Notes under the pieces: generated by a model
Told to the model about the DNA's origin: nothing
The model's input: only the letters and a program-made list of their open reading frames with translations
Databases searched by the model: none
In this document: positions 1 to 9,608 of the stretch, one piece after another
Position numbering within the stretch: position 1 is the stretch's first letter
How the letters are laid out: each line of letters begins with the position of its first letter
Position numbers and translations under genes: made by a program
NCBI GenBank assembly: GCA_039000725.1
Contig: JAWBNO010000001.1
Span: 258,995-322,994, forward strand
Source of the DNA: Candidatus Aenigmatarchaeota archaeon
GTDB taxonomy: Archaea > Aenigmatarchaeota > Aenigmatarchaeia > CG10238-14 > SpSt-28
Length of the DNA stretch: 64,000 nt
Direction of reading: 5' to 3'

Positions 1-90
1 GATGAAAATAGAATAAAAGGAATGCATATTAATGAAAATGTTGTAAATAATTTTGAAGAAGTAAAGAACGCTATTGATAAAGAGGGATAA
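1..90 (+). CDS. rpl18: 50S ribosomal protein uL18, C-terminal fragment (5' truncated by window)
   Basis: Frame 1 reads DENRIKGMHINENVVNNFEEVKNAIDKEG*, which matches the archaeal L18 C-terminus (RIxGxHI...FEEVK); it sits directly before uS5 as in the spc operon. Confidence 0.85.
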   Translation, partial: DENRIKGMHINENVVNNFEEVKNAIDKEG

Positions 91-92
91 TA

Positions 93-788
93 ATGGTTGA
101 GGAAAAAGGAGAGGAAGTTGAAGGGGAGCTTAAAGCTCCAGAAAAAGAAAAGATATGGGTACCAAAGACATCTTTAGGTAGAGCTGTTCTAGAAGGAAAA
201 ATTAAGAGTATAGATGAAATTTTAGAAAGTGGAAAAAAAATCTTAGAGGAAGAAATAGTTGATTATCTTTTACCAGGTCTAAAAGAAGAACTAATTTTTA
301 TTGGAAAAAGAACAGGAAAAGGTGGAGGTGCTCAAAGAATTCCTATTAGAGTTACCGCCAGAATGAAAAAATCCGGAAGAAGATTTAGGATGTCGGCATT
401 CGTGGTTGTGGGTAATGAAAATGGTTATGTTGGTATAGGTAAAGGAGTTTCAGTTGATGCTAAAAAAGCCATAGAAAAGGCAAGAAAAAAAGCGAAACTG
501 AATATTATAAAAGTTAAAAGAGGTTGTGGTAGCTGGGAGTGTGGATGCGGTACAGAGCATTCAATTCCCTATAAAGTTGAAGGAAAGTGTGGAAGCGTTA
601 AGGTTATTTTATATCCTGCACCAAAGGGTGTTGGTTTGGTTGCAGATGATGAAAGTAAAAAAATTTTAAAGTTAGTTGGTATAAAAGATGTTTGGGTAAA
701 AACTTTTGGAAACACTAGTATGCATATAAATTTGATAGGAGCAATATATGATGCACTTAAGAAACTATACATTTATGAGAGAGGATAA
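93..788 (+). CDS. rps5: 30S ribosomal protein uS5
   Basis: WVPKTSLGR, VVVGNENGYVGIG and RGCGSWECGC archaeal S5 motifs. Confidence 0.97.
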   Translation: MVEEKGEEVEGELKAPEKEKIWVPKTSLGRAVLEGKIKSIDEILESGKKILEEEIVDYLLPGLKEELIFIGKRTGKGGGAQRIPIRVTARMKKSGRRFRMSAFVVVGNENGYVGIGKGVSVDAKKAIEKARKKAKLNIIKVKRGCGSWECGCGTEHSIPYKVEGKCGSVKVILYPAPKGVGLVADDESKKILKLVGIKDVWVKTFGNTSMHINLIGAIYDALKKLYIYERG

Positions 789-790
789 AA

Positions 791-1255
791 ATGTTCGCAG
801 CTATTAGATTAAGGGGTTGTGTAGGCATACCTAAAAGGATTGAAGATACGTTAAAATTACTAAGATTAAAATATAAGTTTAACTGTAATATATTTCCTGA
901 AAATGAGAGTATAAAGGGTATGTTAGAAAAAGTTAAAGATTTTATAACATATGGTGAAATAGAAAAAGAAACGTTAGTTATGCTTCTTAAAAAAAGATTA
1001 AGAATGAAAGGAAAAGGTAATAAAAGAGTTAGCGAAGACGATTTGAAAAAAGTTACTGGATTTTCAACATTTGAAGATTTTGCAGATGCGTTAATTTCCG
1101 GAAAAGTTAAATTAAAAGATTTTGAATTTTTACAACCATACTTTAGGCTTAGACCTCCTTCTAAAGGATTAAAAAGTATAAAAGAAAGCTGGCCAAAGGG
1201 AGATTTAGGATACAGAGGAAAGGAAATAAACGAATTGATAAAGAGGATGATATAA
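791..1255 (+). CDS. rpl30: 50S ribosomal protein uL30
   Basis: AAIRLRG...FRLRPPSKG...GDLGYRGKEINELIKRM; spc operon position. Confidence 0.96.
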   Translation: MFAAIRLRGCVGIPKRIEDTLKLLRLKYKFNCNIFPENESIKGMLEKVKDFITYGEIEKETLVMLLKKRLRMKGKGNKRVSEDDLKKVTGFSTFEDFADALISGKVKLKDFEFLQPYFRLRPPSKGLKSIKESWPKGDLGYRGKEINELIKRMI

Positions 1256-1663
1256 ATGGTAGTAAGAAAAGAAAAGAAAAGAAGAAGGGGAGAAAGAACT
1301 TATCACGGACATCATAAAAATAGAAAAGGAGGAGGACATAAGGGAGGAAGAGGTAATGTTAGCAAACACAAACATATTTTTAAATTTGTTGAAAGAGAGG
1401 ATAAAAAAGGTTTTAGATATCCTTTAAGAAAAGAGTACAAGGTAATAAATTTAGATGATTTAAACACTTTGATAAAAAAACTTATTGAAGAGGGAAAAAT
1501 AGATAAAAACAATATAGTAGTTAGGCTTTCAGATTACGGATACGATAAGCTTTTAGGTAGGGGAAAAATCGAATTTAAAGCTTTAATAGAAGTTAGTAAG
1601 GCCTCTAGAAAAGCTGTAGAGAAAATAAAAGGTCTTGGAGGAGAAGTAGTTCTAAATAGTTAA
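1256..1663 (+). CDS. rpl15: 50S ribosomal protein uL15
   Basis: Basic Gly-rich N-terminus, VINL, GYDKLLGRG, AVEKIKGLGGEV. Confidence 0.96.
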   Translation: MVVRKEKKRRRGERTYHGHHKNRKGGGHKGGRGNVSKHKHIFKFVEREDKKGFRYPLRKEYKVINLDDLNTLIKKLIEEGKIDKNNIVVRLSDYGYDKLLGRGKIEFKALIEVSKASRKAVEKIKGLGGEVVLNS

Positions 1664-1687
1664 ATTTTTCAAGCGCAATTGATAATA

Positions 1688-3121
1688 ATGAAGTTTGGTG
1701 AATTAGCAGAAAAAATTTACAATTATTTACCAACTGTAGTAGGACCATTGTATAAAATTAGTATAAGAGAAAAACTAAAATGGACAATTTTAATACTTTT
1801 CGCTTATTTCTTTCTTTCTTATGTTCCAATTGTTGGTCTAAATCTTTCTCCACAAGCTCAATACTTCATAACTTTACAACATTTGTTGGGTGCCAGATTT
1901 GGTAGCTTGTTAACATTAGGAATAGGTCCAATAGTTACTGCAGGAATAATATTGCAGCTTTTAGTAGGATCTAAGATAATAAATCTAGATATTAGTACAA
2001 AAGAAGGTAGAAAAAAGTTTGAGGCTTGGAATAAAACTTTGGCTTTCATTTTAGCTTTTGTAGAAGCAGCAGCATATGTGTTTTTAGGACCTTTACAAGC
2101 CATTACATTTCTTATACCATTAGTTATACTCCAAATAGCATTGGGAGGAATATTGGTCATACTTTTTGATGAAGCTATATCAAAATGGGGGATTGGTTCT
2201 GGTGTTAGCTTATTTATAATGGCAGGAATAGCGTCCCAAATTTTTATAAGAATTTTTTCTCCATTTCCTTCTGGATGCTCTATACTTTCATTATCAGCTT
2301 GTATGCCTTCTTTAAACAACCCTCCAGTCGGCCTATTTTGGCAATTCTTGATAAACTTTTATAACAATAATCCAACAAATGCTTTTTTTGCTTTTATGCC
2401 AATTTTATCTACAGCAATAGTTTTTATTTTAGTTGTTTACATTCAAGCAATCAATATTGATATACCTTTAGCTTTTTCTATGTTTAGAGGTTTTGGAAGA
2501 CCTTGGAGTCTCAAGCTTCTTTACACCAGTAACATTCCAGTAATATTTATGTGGGCACTGTTAATTAACTTTCAGATGATGGGTAGGATAGGAGTCAGAG
2601 AAGTCTCACCAGGTAGATACTGTGGCTTTTTTGGTTGTTATGACTCTAACGGAAACCCGGTAAGTGGAATAGCATACTATCTTTCGGCTCCTAGGGGTAT
2701 AGTAAATGAGATAATTCAAGGAACAGATATAAAGACACTTATAGTTCATTTATTCGTTTACTCATTAGTTATGATAGTTGGTTGTGTCATATTTTCAGTT
2801 ATATGGGTAAACACTAGTGGAATGGATGCAAAATCAATAGCAGAACAACTATATCTAATAGGAATGCAAATTCCAGGATATAGAAGAGACCCCAGAGTAA
2901 TAGAGTCTGTTTTAAGTAAATATATTTCTTCTCTTTCAGTATTGAGTGGAATTTTCATAGGGCTTTTAACAATAGTGGCTGATTGGTTAGGGGCAATCGG
3001 CTCTGGGACAGGATTACTTTTAGCTGTGACAATATCTTATAATACATACGAGATTATAAGAAACGAAGATTTAGAAGGCGCACCAAAAATATTGTTAAAT
3101 ATCTTAGGTGAGAAAAGATGA
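1688..3121 (+). CDS. secY: Preprotein translocase subunit SecY
   Basis: KLKWT, GSLLTLGIGPIVTAGIILQLL, YTSNIPVI, IPGYRRD, GTGLLL; about 10 TM segments; ATG at 1688 preferred over upstream TTG. Confidence 0.97.
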   Translation: MKFGELAEKIYNYLPTVVGPLYKISIREKLKWTILILFAYFFLSYVPIVGLNLSPQAQYFITLQHLLGARFGSLLTLGIGPIVTAGIILQLLVGSKIINLDISTKEGRKKFEAWNKTLAFILAFVEAAAYVFLGPLQAITFLIPLVILQIALGGILVILFDEAISKWGIGSGVSLFIMAGIASQIFIRIFSPFPSGCSILSLSACMPSLNNPPVGLFWQFLINFYNNNPTNAFFAFMPILSTAIVFILVVYIQAINIDIPLAFSMFRGFGRPWSLKLLYTSNIPVIFMWALLINFQMMGRIGVREVSPGRYCGFFGCYDSNGNPVSGIAYYLSAPRGIVNEIIQGTDIKTLIVHLFVYSLVMIVGCVIFSVIWVNTSGMDAKSIAEQLYLIGMQIPGYRRDPRVIESVLSKYISSLSVLSGIFIGLLTIVADWLGAIGSGTGLLLAVTISYNTYEIIRNEDLEGAPKILLNILGEKR

Positions 3122-3576
3122 GTTATTTAAACTATATAGGAAGATTTGTTAATGCTTTATTTTTTCCTTTATATAATTTACATCCAGTTTTAAGTGTTAT
3201 TATATTAACTTTATTTTTCACTTCAATAACTATAATTTTTAGAAAAAAATTTCTAGGTAACGAAGAAATTAAGAATTTGAGAAAAGAAATGGATGAAATT
3301 AGAGAGAGAATTTTAAAAAACAAAGAAAAAGAAGAAGAGTTGTTTAACAGATTGATGAAGTTAAATGCTACTATTTTCAAGCAAACTTTTAAAATTTTAG
3401 CAGTTTCTTTAGTAATTGGTATATTATGTTTGTCTTGGATAGAATATAAATACTCTGGAAACTATGTCAAACTTCCTATAAGTTTTCCATTTCAAAATAT
3501 TCAAATAATTTATTTCTATATAATCTTAACATTTATAATTAGTACAGTATTAACTAAATTGCTAGAGGTGAGCTAA
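3118..3576 (+). CDS. DUF106 / EMC3-TMCO1 (Oxa1 superfamily) membrane protein
   Basis: TM - coiled coil - TM - TM layout; conserved position downstream of secY in archaea. Confidence 0.8.
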   Translation: MSYLNYIGRFVNALFFPLYNLHPVLSVIILTLFFTSITIIFRKKFLGNEEIKNLRKEMDEIRERILKNKEKEEELFNRLMKLNATIFKQTFKILAVSLVIGILCLSWIEYKYSGNYVKLPISFPFQNIQIIYFYIILTFIISTVLTKLLEVS

Positions 3577-3932
3577 TGTTAGAAGTAGGTAGCATATGTG
3601 TTAAGCTAGTAGGTAGGGAAAAAGGAAAATACTGCGTGGTAGTTAAGAAAATTGATAAAAACTTTGTTTTAGTAACAGGTCCGAAAAAATTAACTGGAGT
3701 AAAAAGAAGAAGAGCAAATGTAATACATCTTCAACCAACTAGCTATAAACTAGAAATAAAAGAAGAAGCTGACGATAAAGAGGTTTTAGAGGCTTGGAAG
3801 AAATCTAAGCTATATGAAAAGTTAGGCTTGAAACTACCATCAGAAGCAGAATTAAAGGAAATTTCAGATAACAAAAAAGAAGAAAAGAAAGTTGAAGAAA
3901 AGAAAACTAAAAAGAAAAAAGAGAAATCTTAA
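3576..3932 (+). CDS. rpl14e: 50S ribosomal protein eL14
   Basis: EVGSICVKLVGREKG, FVLVTGPKKLTGVKRRRANVIHLQPT; charged C-terminal tail. Confidence 0.95.
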   Translation: MLEVGSICVKLVGREKGKYCVVVKKIDKNFVLVTGPKKLTGVKRRRANVIHLQPTSYKLEIKEEADDKEVLEAWKKSKLYEKLGLKLPSEAELKEISDNKKEEKKVEEKKTKKKKEKS

Positions 3933-5077
3933 ATATCTTTAATTTCAATCTCTTTTAATATTTTTTTTACCATTTTGTTTATTCCTAAAGTCTTCTCATA
4001 TTCTTTTACTTTATTTTCGTTTGCGGCTGCTGAAGAATGTCTACCAACAAACATACTGCAAGTGTCTTCACATGGAATTATAGAAATTTTATAAGTTCCT
4101 ATTTTTTTTGCAATTTCTATAATTTCATCCTTGTTAAATCCTATTAATGGTCTAAGTATAGGAATTTTAACAACTTCCTCTATTAGTTTTAAATTATGTA
4201 GAGTTTGAGAAGAAACTTGCCCTACACTTTCTCCAGTAACTAGTGCTTTTGCATTTTCCATCTCAGCAATTTTTTCTGCGACTCTAAACATTAATCTTCT
4301 GTATAAAACAACTAAGTATTTCGGATTAGCAACACTTTTGATTTTTAATTGATATTCTCCAATGTTTGCTATATATAGCTTACTTTTAACTTGGAATTTG
4401 TTCAAAACTTCAATTAACTTTTCTACTTTTTCTATACTCTTTTTTGAGGCTATAGGAAAGCTACTAAAATGAAGATATACAACTTCACATCCTCTCTTCA
4501 TTGCAAAATAGCTTGAAACTGCAGAATCTATGCCGCCAGAAATTAGTGATATAACTTTACCAGAGGCTGATATTGGCAATCCCCCCAAACCTTTAATATT
4601 AGTAGTATAAACAAAAGTGCCAATCTTTCTAATATCAAAATTTATTTCTATGTCCGGATTTTCTAAATTTACTTTTCTTTTAACAAAACTACCTAAATAA
4701 GCTTCTAATTCTTTACTCTTATAATCAGCATCAATACCTTTGTTAACTCTAATTGCAAAAGTTTTTCCTTCAGGAATTAGAGTTTCATAATATTTTGAAA
4801 TGAATTTTGCCAAATCTTCTTTATTAGTTGTTGATAAGTAGATAGCTGGAGAAAAAGATTGTATTCCAAAAATGTTATTTAATATTTTCAAACATTCTTC
4901 AATTTTTTCTGTAAATAAAAAAATCCTTCCTCTTTCGGTTTTAATTTTAGCTTCAATTTTACTTTTATTTAAATGTTTAGCTATATTTCCCAATAGCTTT
5001 CTTTCATAAATTCTAAAAACATTTTCAGATTTAATGAAAATTTCACTATATCTTATGATTATGGAGTTTGTCATCAT
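3929..5077 (-). CDS. thiI: tRNA 4-thiouridine(8) synthase ThiI (THUMP + PP-loop, no rhodanese domain)
   Basis: RYSEIFIKS, GGLP, SGGIDS PP-loop, TGESVGQVSSQT, RPLIG. Confidence 0.95.
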   Translation of the reverse strand: MMTNSIIIRYSEIFIKSENVFRIYERKLLGNIAKHLNKSKIEAKIKTERGRIFLFTEKIEECLKILNNIFGIQSFSPAIYLSTTNKEDLAKFISKYYETLIPEGKTFAIRVNKGIDADYKSKELEAYLGSFVKRKVNLENPDIEINFDIRKIGTFVYTTNIKGLGGLPISASGKVISLISGGIDSAVSSYFAMKRGCEVVYLHFSSFPIASKKSIEKVEKLIEVLNKFQVKSKLYIANIGEYQLKIKSVANPKYLVVLYRRLMFRVAEKIAEMENAKALVTGESVGQVSSQTLHNLKLIEEVVKIPILRPLIGFNKDEIIEIAKKIGTYKISIIPCEDTCSMFVGRHSSAAANENKVKEYEKTLGINKMVKKILKEIEIKDI

Positions 5078-5139
5078 AATTGATATATTGTTCTTAAAAA
5101 ATATTGCAATGATAGTTTTTTAGAAAGATAACAAAATTT

Positions 5140-5214
5140 TGGGCCCGGTGGGATTTGAACCCACGATCTCCTGGTCCGAAGCCAGGCGCGTTATCCAAGC
5201 TACGCTACGGGCCC
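5140..5214 (-). tRNA. tRNA-Arg(TCG)
   Basis: Reverse complement folds as a cloverleaf: GGGCCCG acceptor stem, anticodon arm CCTGG-CT-TCG-GA-CCAGG, T-loop TTCAAAT; no encoded CCA. Confidence 0.96.
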
Positions 5215-5250
5215 ATGTATTTTATTTAATTTTGAAAATCTATAGATTGT

Positions 5251-5517
5251 ATGTTAGCAGAAAAGCCAACTAAAATTGATGAAAAAGATAAAGATAAACA
5301 AATTGCTAGATTAGGGTTAATAGCAGAGTTAGATGCAGTTAGTTTATATGAGCAATTAGCAGCAAATACGAATAACAAAAAACTTAAAAAAGTTTTGCTA
5401 GATATAGCGAAAGAGGAAAAAACACATATAGGAGAATTTTTAACATTGTTGTTAGAAATGGATAAGGAACAAGAAAAAGAATTAGAAGAAGGAAAGAAAG
5501 AAGTTAATGAAATTTAA
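5251..5517 (+). CDS. Short ferritin-like / rubrerythrin-family protein (encapsulin-cargo type)
   Basis: AELDAVSLYEQ and EEKTHIGEF di-iron motifs in an 88-aa protein. Confidence 0.85.
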   Translation: MLAEKPTKIDEKDKDKQIARLGLIAELDAVSLYEQLAANTNNKKLKKVLLDIAKEEKTHIGEFLTLLLEMDKEQEKELEEGKKEVNEI

Positions 5518-5942
5518 ATCTCTTCAACAATTATAGATGGACAAACTTTTTTTACTCCTTTTATTTCTTTAATTTTTTTAATAACGTCTTTAATTTCTTT
5601 TCCGGTTTTATATATGGTAAAAACAATAAATTGATGATCACCACTACTAATATATATTCTTTTTACTTCTTTAATCTTCTTTATATTTTCAATAATTCTA
5701 TCAAAGTATTCTGGTTTACAATCAAATCCTATAAATGCGGTTTTTAGACCAACCTTTTTCCAGTCTATATCTACTGTAAATTTTCTAATTATTCCTTTTC
5801 TTATCAGGTTTGCTATATTCTTTCTTATTGCACCTTCAGTTACTCCTAGCTGTTTAGCTAAATGTGTAAATTTTATTCTTGAATTTTCCATCAAAATATT
5901 CAAAATTTTTTCAATTTTATTCGTTTCCGATTTTCGTACCAT
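5514..5942 (-). CDS. Lrp/AsnC-family regulator, LrpA/Ptr2-like
   Basis: N-terminal HTH ([17 protein letters not shown]), ISSGDH and KKVCPSII motifs typical of Pyrococcus LrpA / Methanocaldococcus Ptr2; probable start MVRK at 5942. Confidence 0.88.
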   Translation of the reverse strand: MVRKSETNKIEKILNILMENSRIKFTHLAKQLGVTEGAIRKNIANLIRKGIIRKFTVDIDWKKVGLKTAFIGFDCKPEYFDRIIENIKKIKEVKRIYISSGDHQFIVFTIYKTGKEIKDVIKKIKEIKGVKKVCPSIIVEEI

Positions 5943-5967
5943 AAAGTATATATTTTCGTACCATAAA
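5925..5967. promoter_or_regulatory. Paired Lrp/Ptr2-like operator sites in the divergent lrp-prx promoter
   Basis: Perfect 16-bp direct repeat ATTTTCGTACCATAAA at 5930-5945 and 5952-5967 (22-bp period); the first copy includes CGATTTTCGT, the core of the Ptr2 consensus GGACGATTTTCGTCC. Confidence 0.7.
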
Positions 5968-5985
5968 TATTTTTTGGTGATGTGT

Positions 5986-6633
5986 ATGTTAAAAATAGGG
6001 GATCCTGCGCCACAATTCAAGGCAATAACTACAAAGGGAGAAATAGAGTTTCCAAACGACTATAAAGGAAAATGGGTAGTACTTTTTAGTCATCCAGCAG
6101 ATTTCACACCAGTATGTACAACAGAGTTTGTTGCATTTCAAAAGAGATACGAAGAATTTAAAAAATTAAATACAGAATTGATAGGCTTAAGTATAGATCA
6201 AGTCTTTTCTCATATAAAATGGGTAGAATGGATTAAAGAGAAGTTAGGAATAGAGATAGAATTTCCGATAATTGCAGATGATTTAGGAAAAATATCATCA
6301 ATGTTTGGCATGATTCATGAAGCTAAAGGAACAAATACAGTTAGGGCAGTTTTTGTAATCGATCCAAAAGGAATAATAAGAGCGATACTATATTATCCAC
6401 AAGAAGTTGGAAGAAACATAGATGAAATTTTAAGAATGGTTAGAGCACTCCAAACTTCAGATAGAAATCAAGTGGCATTACCTGCAAATTGGCCGAACAA
6501 CGAACTTATAGGAAATAAAGTTATAATACCTCCAGCTAAATCAGAAAAAATTGCTAAAGAAAGATTAGAAAAGGCAGCTAAAAAAGAAATAGAGTGTTAT
6601 GATTGGTGGTTCTGCTATAAAAGCCTAGAATAA
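5986..6633 (+). CDS. Peroxiredoxin (archaeal Prx6 type)
   Basis: [30 protein letters not shown]-terminal CYDWWFC; GGTGA RBS before ATG 5986. Confidence 0.96.
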   Translation: MLKIGDPAPQFKAITTKGEIEFPNDYKGKWVVLFSHPADFTPVCTTEFVAFQKRYEEFKKLNTELIGLSIDQVFSHIKWVEWIKEKLGIEIEFPIIADDLGKISSMFGMIHEAKGTNTVRAVFVIDPKGIIRAILYYPQEVGRNIDEILRMVRALQTSDRNQVALPANWPNNELIGNKVIIPPAKSEKIAKERLEKAAKKEIECYDWWFCYKSLE

Positions 6634-6661
6634 CACTTTTTTATTTTTTAGAGTGATAAAG

Positions 6662-7033
6662 ATGGTAGAAATTTTTAAAACTGAAGATTGGAAAAAAGAA
6701 AAGCATGTACCAGTAATTGAAATTGAAAAAGAAGAAAACCTTGCTTTAATTAGAGTAACTGTAGGTAAAGAAATTCCACATCCTAATACAACAGAACACC
6801 ACATTAAGTATATAGAACTATTATTTTTACCAGATAATGAAGCTTTTGTATATAACTTAGGTAGGGCAGAATTTAATGCGCATGGGGAATCAACAAAAGG
6901 ACCAAACACTAGTGAAATATATGTTGAGCCAACAGCATTGTTTAAAGTAAAATTAAATAAAAAAGGAACATTGATTGCAATAGCTTATTGTAACATTCAT
7001 GGACTTTGGAAAAATGAACAAAGAATTGATTGA
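6662..7033 (+). CDS. sor: Class II superoxide reductase (neelaredoxin)
   Basis: EKHVP, HPNTTEHHI and YCNIHGLW iron ligands. Confidence 0.96.
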   Translation: MVEIFKTEDWKKEKHVPVIEIEKEENLALIRVTVGKEIPHPNTTEHHIKYIELLFLPDNEAFVYNLGRAEFNAHGESTKGPNTSEIYVEPTALFKVKLNKKGTLIAIAYCNIHGLWKNEQRID

Positions 7034-7277
7034 TAAAGCAATTGAAGAATATAACAAATATAGAAGCCCAGAAGCAAAAGCTAGACTAGTATACTATCAA
7101 AAAGATAAATTTTTAGTAGAGTTTAGTGGTTACTTTTGTTTAACATGTGGCTACTACGACTACTTTGAAGATTTAATATACTTCTTAAAGGAAATGGGAT
7201 TGAAAGCCAAAATAGAAAAAATAGAAGAAAAAGAGAATAGTACATTAGTTACCTTTACTTTACTTAACAATACCTAG
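7014..7277 (+). CDS. Small archaeal hypothetical protein with CxxC
   Basis: EYNKYRSPEA...FSGYFCLTCGYYDYFED; overlaps the sor stop codon. Confidence 0.75.
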   Translation: MNKELIDKAIEEYNKYRSPEAKARLVYYQKDKFLVEFSGYFCLTCGYYDYFEDLIYFLKEMGLKAKIEKIEEKENSTLVTFTLLNNT

Positions 7278-8291
7278 AGATTTGTTAGTCTTTTCTATAC
7301 TTTTCCATTTATCTTTTTCTATTTCTGTCATAGCTCTTATTGCATCTATGTTTTCTGGTACGACATCAGCTTCTTGATGAACTACATGTATCCACCTGCA
7401 TATATTATTTTCTATGTGAATAGTGTCTCTAAGAACAACTATTTCGTACATATCTCCTCTAGGTCTTATATAATCTCTAAATTTTTCTCTTATCATAGAT
7501 GTTGATGGATATTCTTTTCTATCTAATAAAACAACTCTAGTTTGTTTTTCAAAAGCCTCTATTATTTCTTCTTTTTTTGCACTTCTTTTTAAAACAACTT
7601 CAACCATATGAGTATGTGCTAAAGTAGTAGGAACTTTAATAGCCATAGAAAATATATTCAAATTCTTCAAAACTGTTTTTACATCTTCAGCATGATGAGA
7701 AGGTACTTCTTCAAATTCTATAGCATCAATAGGTCCCTTTTTATATTCCCAAGGATCGGCAGCTCTTCTTGCTATAAAGACAGAAGCTTTTTCAATTCCT
7801 ATTTTAGAATCTATTGCATGTAAAGTTCTAATTAGTCCAGTTGTATTACAACTTGGAACTCTAACAAATCTTTTTCCTAGTGTCTCCTCATAATTAACTA
7901 TGGCATTGAATGTAATTTCAGCGACATCTGCTTCTTCTCCACCTTGAAATATAACTTTTACATTATACTTTGAATATATTTTTTCTTTATTTTCTTTTCC
8001 AACTCCTTCTGGTGTACAATCTACAATTACATCAATTTCTCCTTTTTTTAAAAGTTCTTCTAAAGTACCATTCACTATCATTCCTGCTTCTTTGAATTTT
8101 TTTAGAGATTCTTCATTAACTGCCCAAAGATCTGTACCGTACAAGAACCCATTTGGTTCCAATACAGTTTTAAGTATTGGATTTGGTTGATGTCCAATTA
8201 TTGCCTTTAGTTTCATATCTTTTTGTAATTTTATTGCGTGAGCTACTCTTTTTCCTATAGTTCCAATACCATTTACAGCTACGTTTATCAT
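7260..8291 (-). CDS. gap: Glyceraldehyde-3-phosphate dehydrogenase, archaeal type II
   Basis: NGIGTIGKRVA, DCTPEG, FQGGE, RVPSCNTTGL, HQEADVVPENIDAIRA. Confidence 0.96.
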   Translation of the reverse strand: MINVAVNGIGTIGKRVAHAIKLQKDMKLKAIIGHQPNPILKTVLEPNGFLYGTDLWAVNEESLKKFKEAGMIVNGTLEELLKKGEIDVIVDCTPEGVGKENKEKIYSKYNVKVIFQGGEEADVAEITFNAIVNYEETLGKRFVRVPSCNTTGLIRTLHAIDSKIGIEKASVFIARRAADPWEYKKGPIDAIEFEEVPSHHAEDVKTVLKNLNIFSMAIKVPTTLAHTHMVEVVLKRSAKKEEIIEAFEKQTRVVLLDRKEYPSTSMIREKFRDYIRPRGDMYEIVVLRDTIHIENNICRWIHVVHQEADVVPENIDAIRAMTEIEKDKWKSIEKTNKSLGIVK

Positions 8292-8345
8292 AAAGAAGAA
8301 TTGTAAAATATAAATAAATGTTTTTAAATTTTTCTGATAAAGTTT

Positions 8346-9608
8346 TTATTCATATCTCAATGCCTCAACAGGCTGAAGTTTTGCGGCTCTTCTTGCAGGT
8401 ATTAGACCAGCCAAAACACCTATAAATATAGAAAAAATAAGAGAAAGAAAAACAATTTGGGGCGTTACTACTAGTTGAATTCCTTGACTTGTTCTGCTTG
8501 TCATTCCAATTCCAAAAATAGTTATTCTACCTATTAAATCTGAAACAATAATACCAATCGAAATTCCTAATATTCCTCCAATTAAGCTAAGTATTATCGA
8601 TTCTAAAATAAATAAAAGCATAACATCTTTATTACTCATTCCAAGAGCTTTTAATGTTCCTATTAGTCTTGTTCTTTCCATTACAGAAGTAAACATAGTA
8701 TTAGCAATTCCTATCCCACCAACCAAAAGAGAAATAGCAGCAATTAGTGTTAAAAAAAGTGTTGTCGTTTCTGCAATACTCATAACTTGTTGCTTAATTA
8801 GTTGTGTTGTGGTTACAGTAAAATCTTGATTGTTTTCATTAACTTTTCTGAAAATTCTAAGCCTTCTTTCAATTTCTTTTGCAATATCATCTACTTGAGA
8901 TACATCATTTGCTTTGACAACTATAGAAGAAACATCTTTATTGTTTAATTTTAAAATTCTTCTTGCATCTTCTTTTGGAATAAAAATAGCAGAATCTGTT
9001 AAAACGCTTAATGCTCCTGCTGGCTGTAATATACCGACAACTTTAAAGGATTCACCATTTATATTTATTATATCGCCAACCCTAATTTCGTTTTTGAAAA
9101 TAGAATAGGCAACTCTATTCCCCAAAACTGCAACATTTTTATCATTTGATAAAAGATATCTTCCTTTTTCTATTTGAGTTATTTCTATGTATTTCCAAAC
9201 CGAAGCATCTACTCCTTGAATAGTTAATGAAATAGATTGACCCTTGAAAGATACATTACCTCTACCAGAAACTATTGTATTAACATAAGAAACGCCAGGA
9301 ATATTTTGAATTATTTTTGCATCATTTTCTGTTAGGGTTTTTTCTTCACCTCTTAATCCTCTAATTATTTGAGCGTATCTTTCAAACTGATATGGAGACG
9401 CTCTAATATAGCCAGGAGTAATAGTAATTATATCTGGACCCAAACCAGCTAACTGTTGATTTATTCTTTCTCTCATTCCTTCTCCTATAGCATTTAAGGA
9501 AACTATTGTGGCAATACCTATAATAATTCCTAAAATTGTCAACCAACTTCTCAATTTTCTGTGCAAGATGTTGTTTAATGATAATTTAAATAAATCCAGC
9601 AGCTTCAT
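8346..9608 (-). CDS. MacB/FtsX-family ABC transporter permease
   Basis: LRSWLTILGIIIGIA, GIANTMFTSVMERT, PARRAAKLQPVEALRYE. Confidence 0.93.
   Translation of the reverse strand: MKLLDLFKLSLNNILHRKLRSWLTILGIIIGIATIVSLNAIGEGMRERINQQLAGLGPDIITITPGYIRASPYQFERYAQIIRGLRGEEKTLTENDAKIIQNIPGVSYVNTIVSGRGNVSFKGQSISLTIQGVDASVWKYIEITQIEKGRYLLSNDKNVAVLGNRVAYSIFKNEIRVGDIININGESFKVVGILQPAGALSVLTDSAIFIPKEDARRILKLNNKDVSSIVVKANDVSQVDDIAKEIERRLRIFRKVNENNQDFTVTTTQLIKQQVMSIAETTTLFLTLIAAISLLVGGIGIANTMFTSVMERTRLIGTLKALGMSNKDVMLLFILESIILSLIGGILGISIGIIVSDLIGRITIFGIGMTSRTSQGIQLVVTPQIVFLSLIFSIFIGVLAGLIPARRAAKLQPVEALRYE

Noticed and set aside
5943..6020. N-terminal extension of the Lrp ORF given in the track
   Set aside because: It would overlap the peroxiredoxin start and the operator repeats; Lrp homology begins at MVRK (5942).
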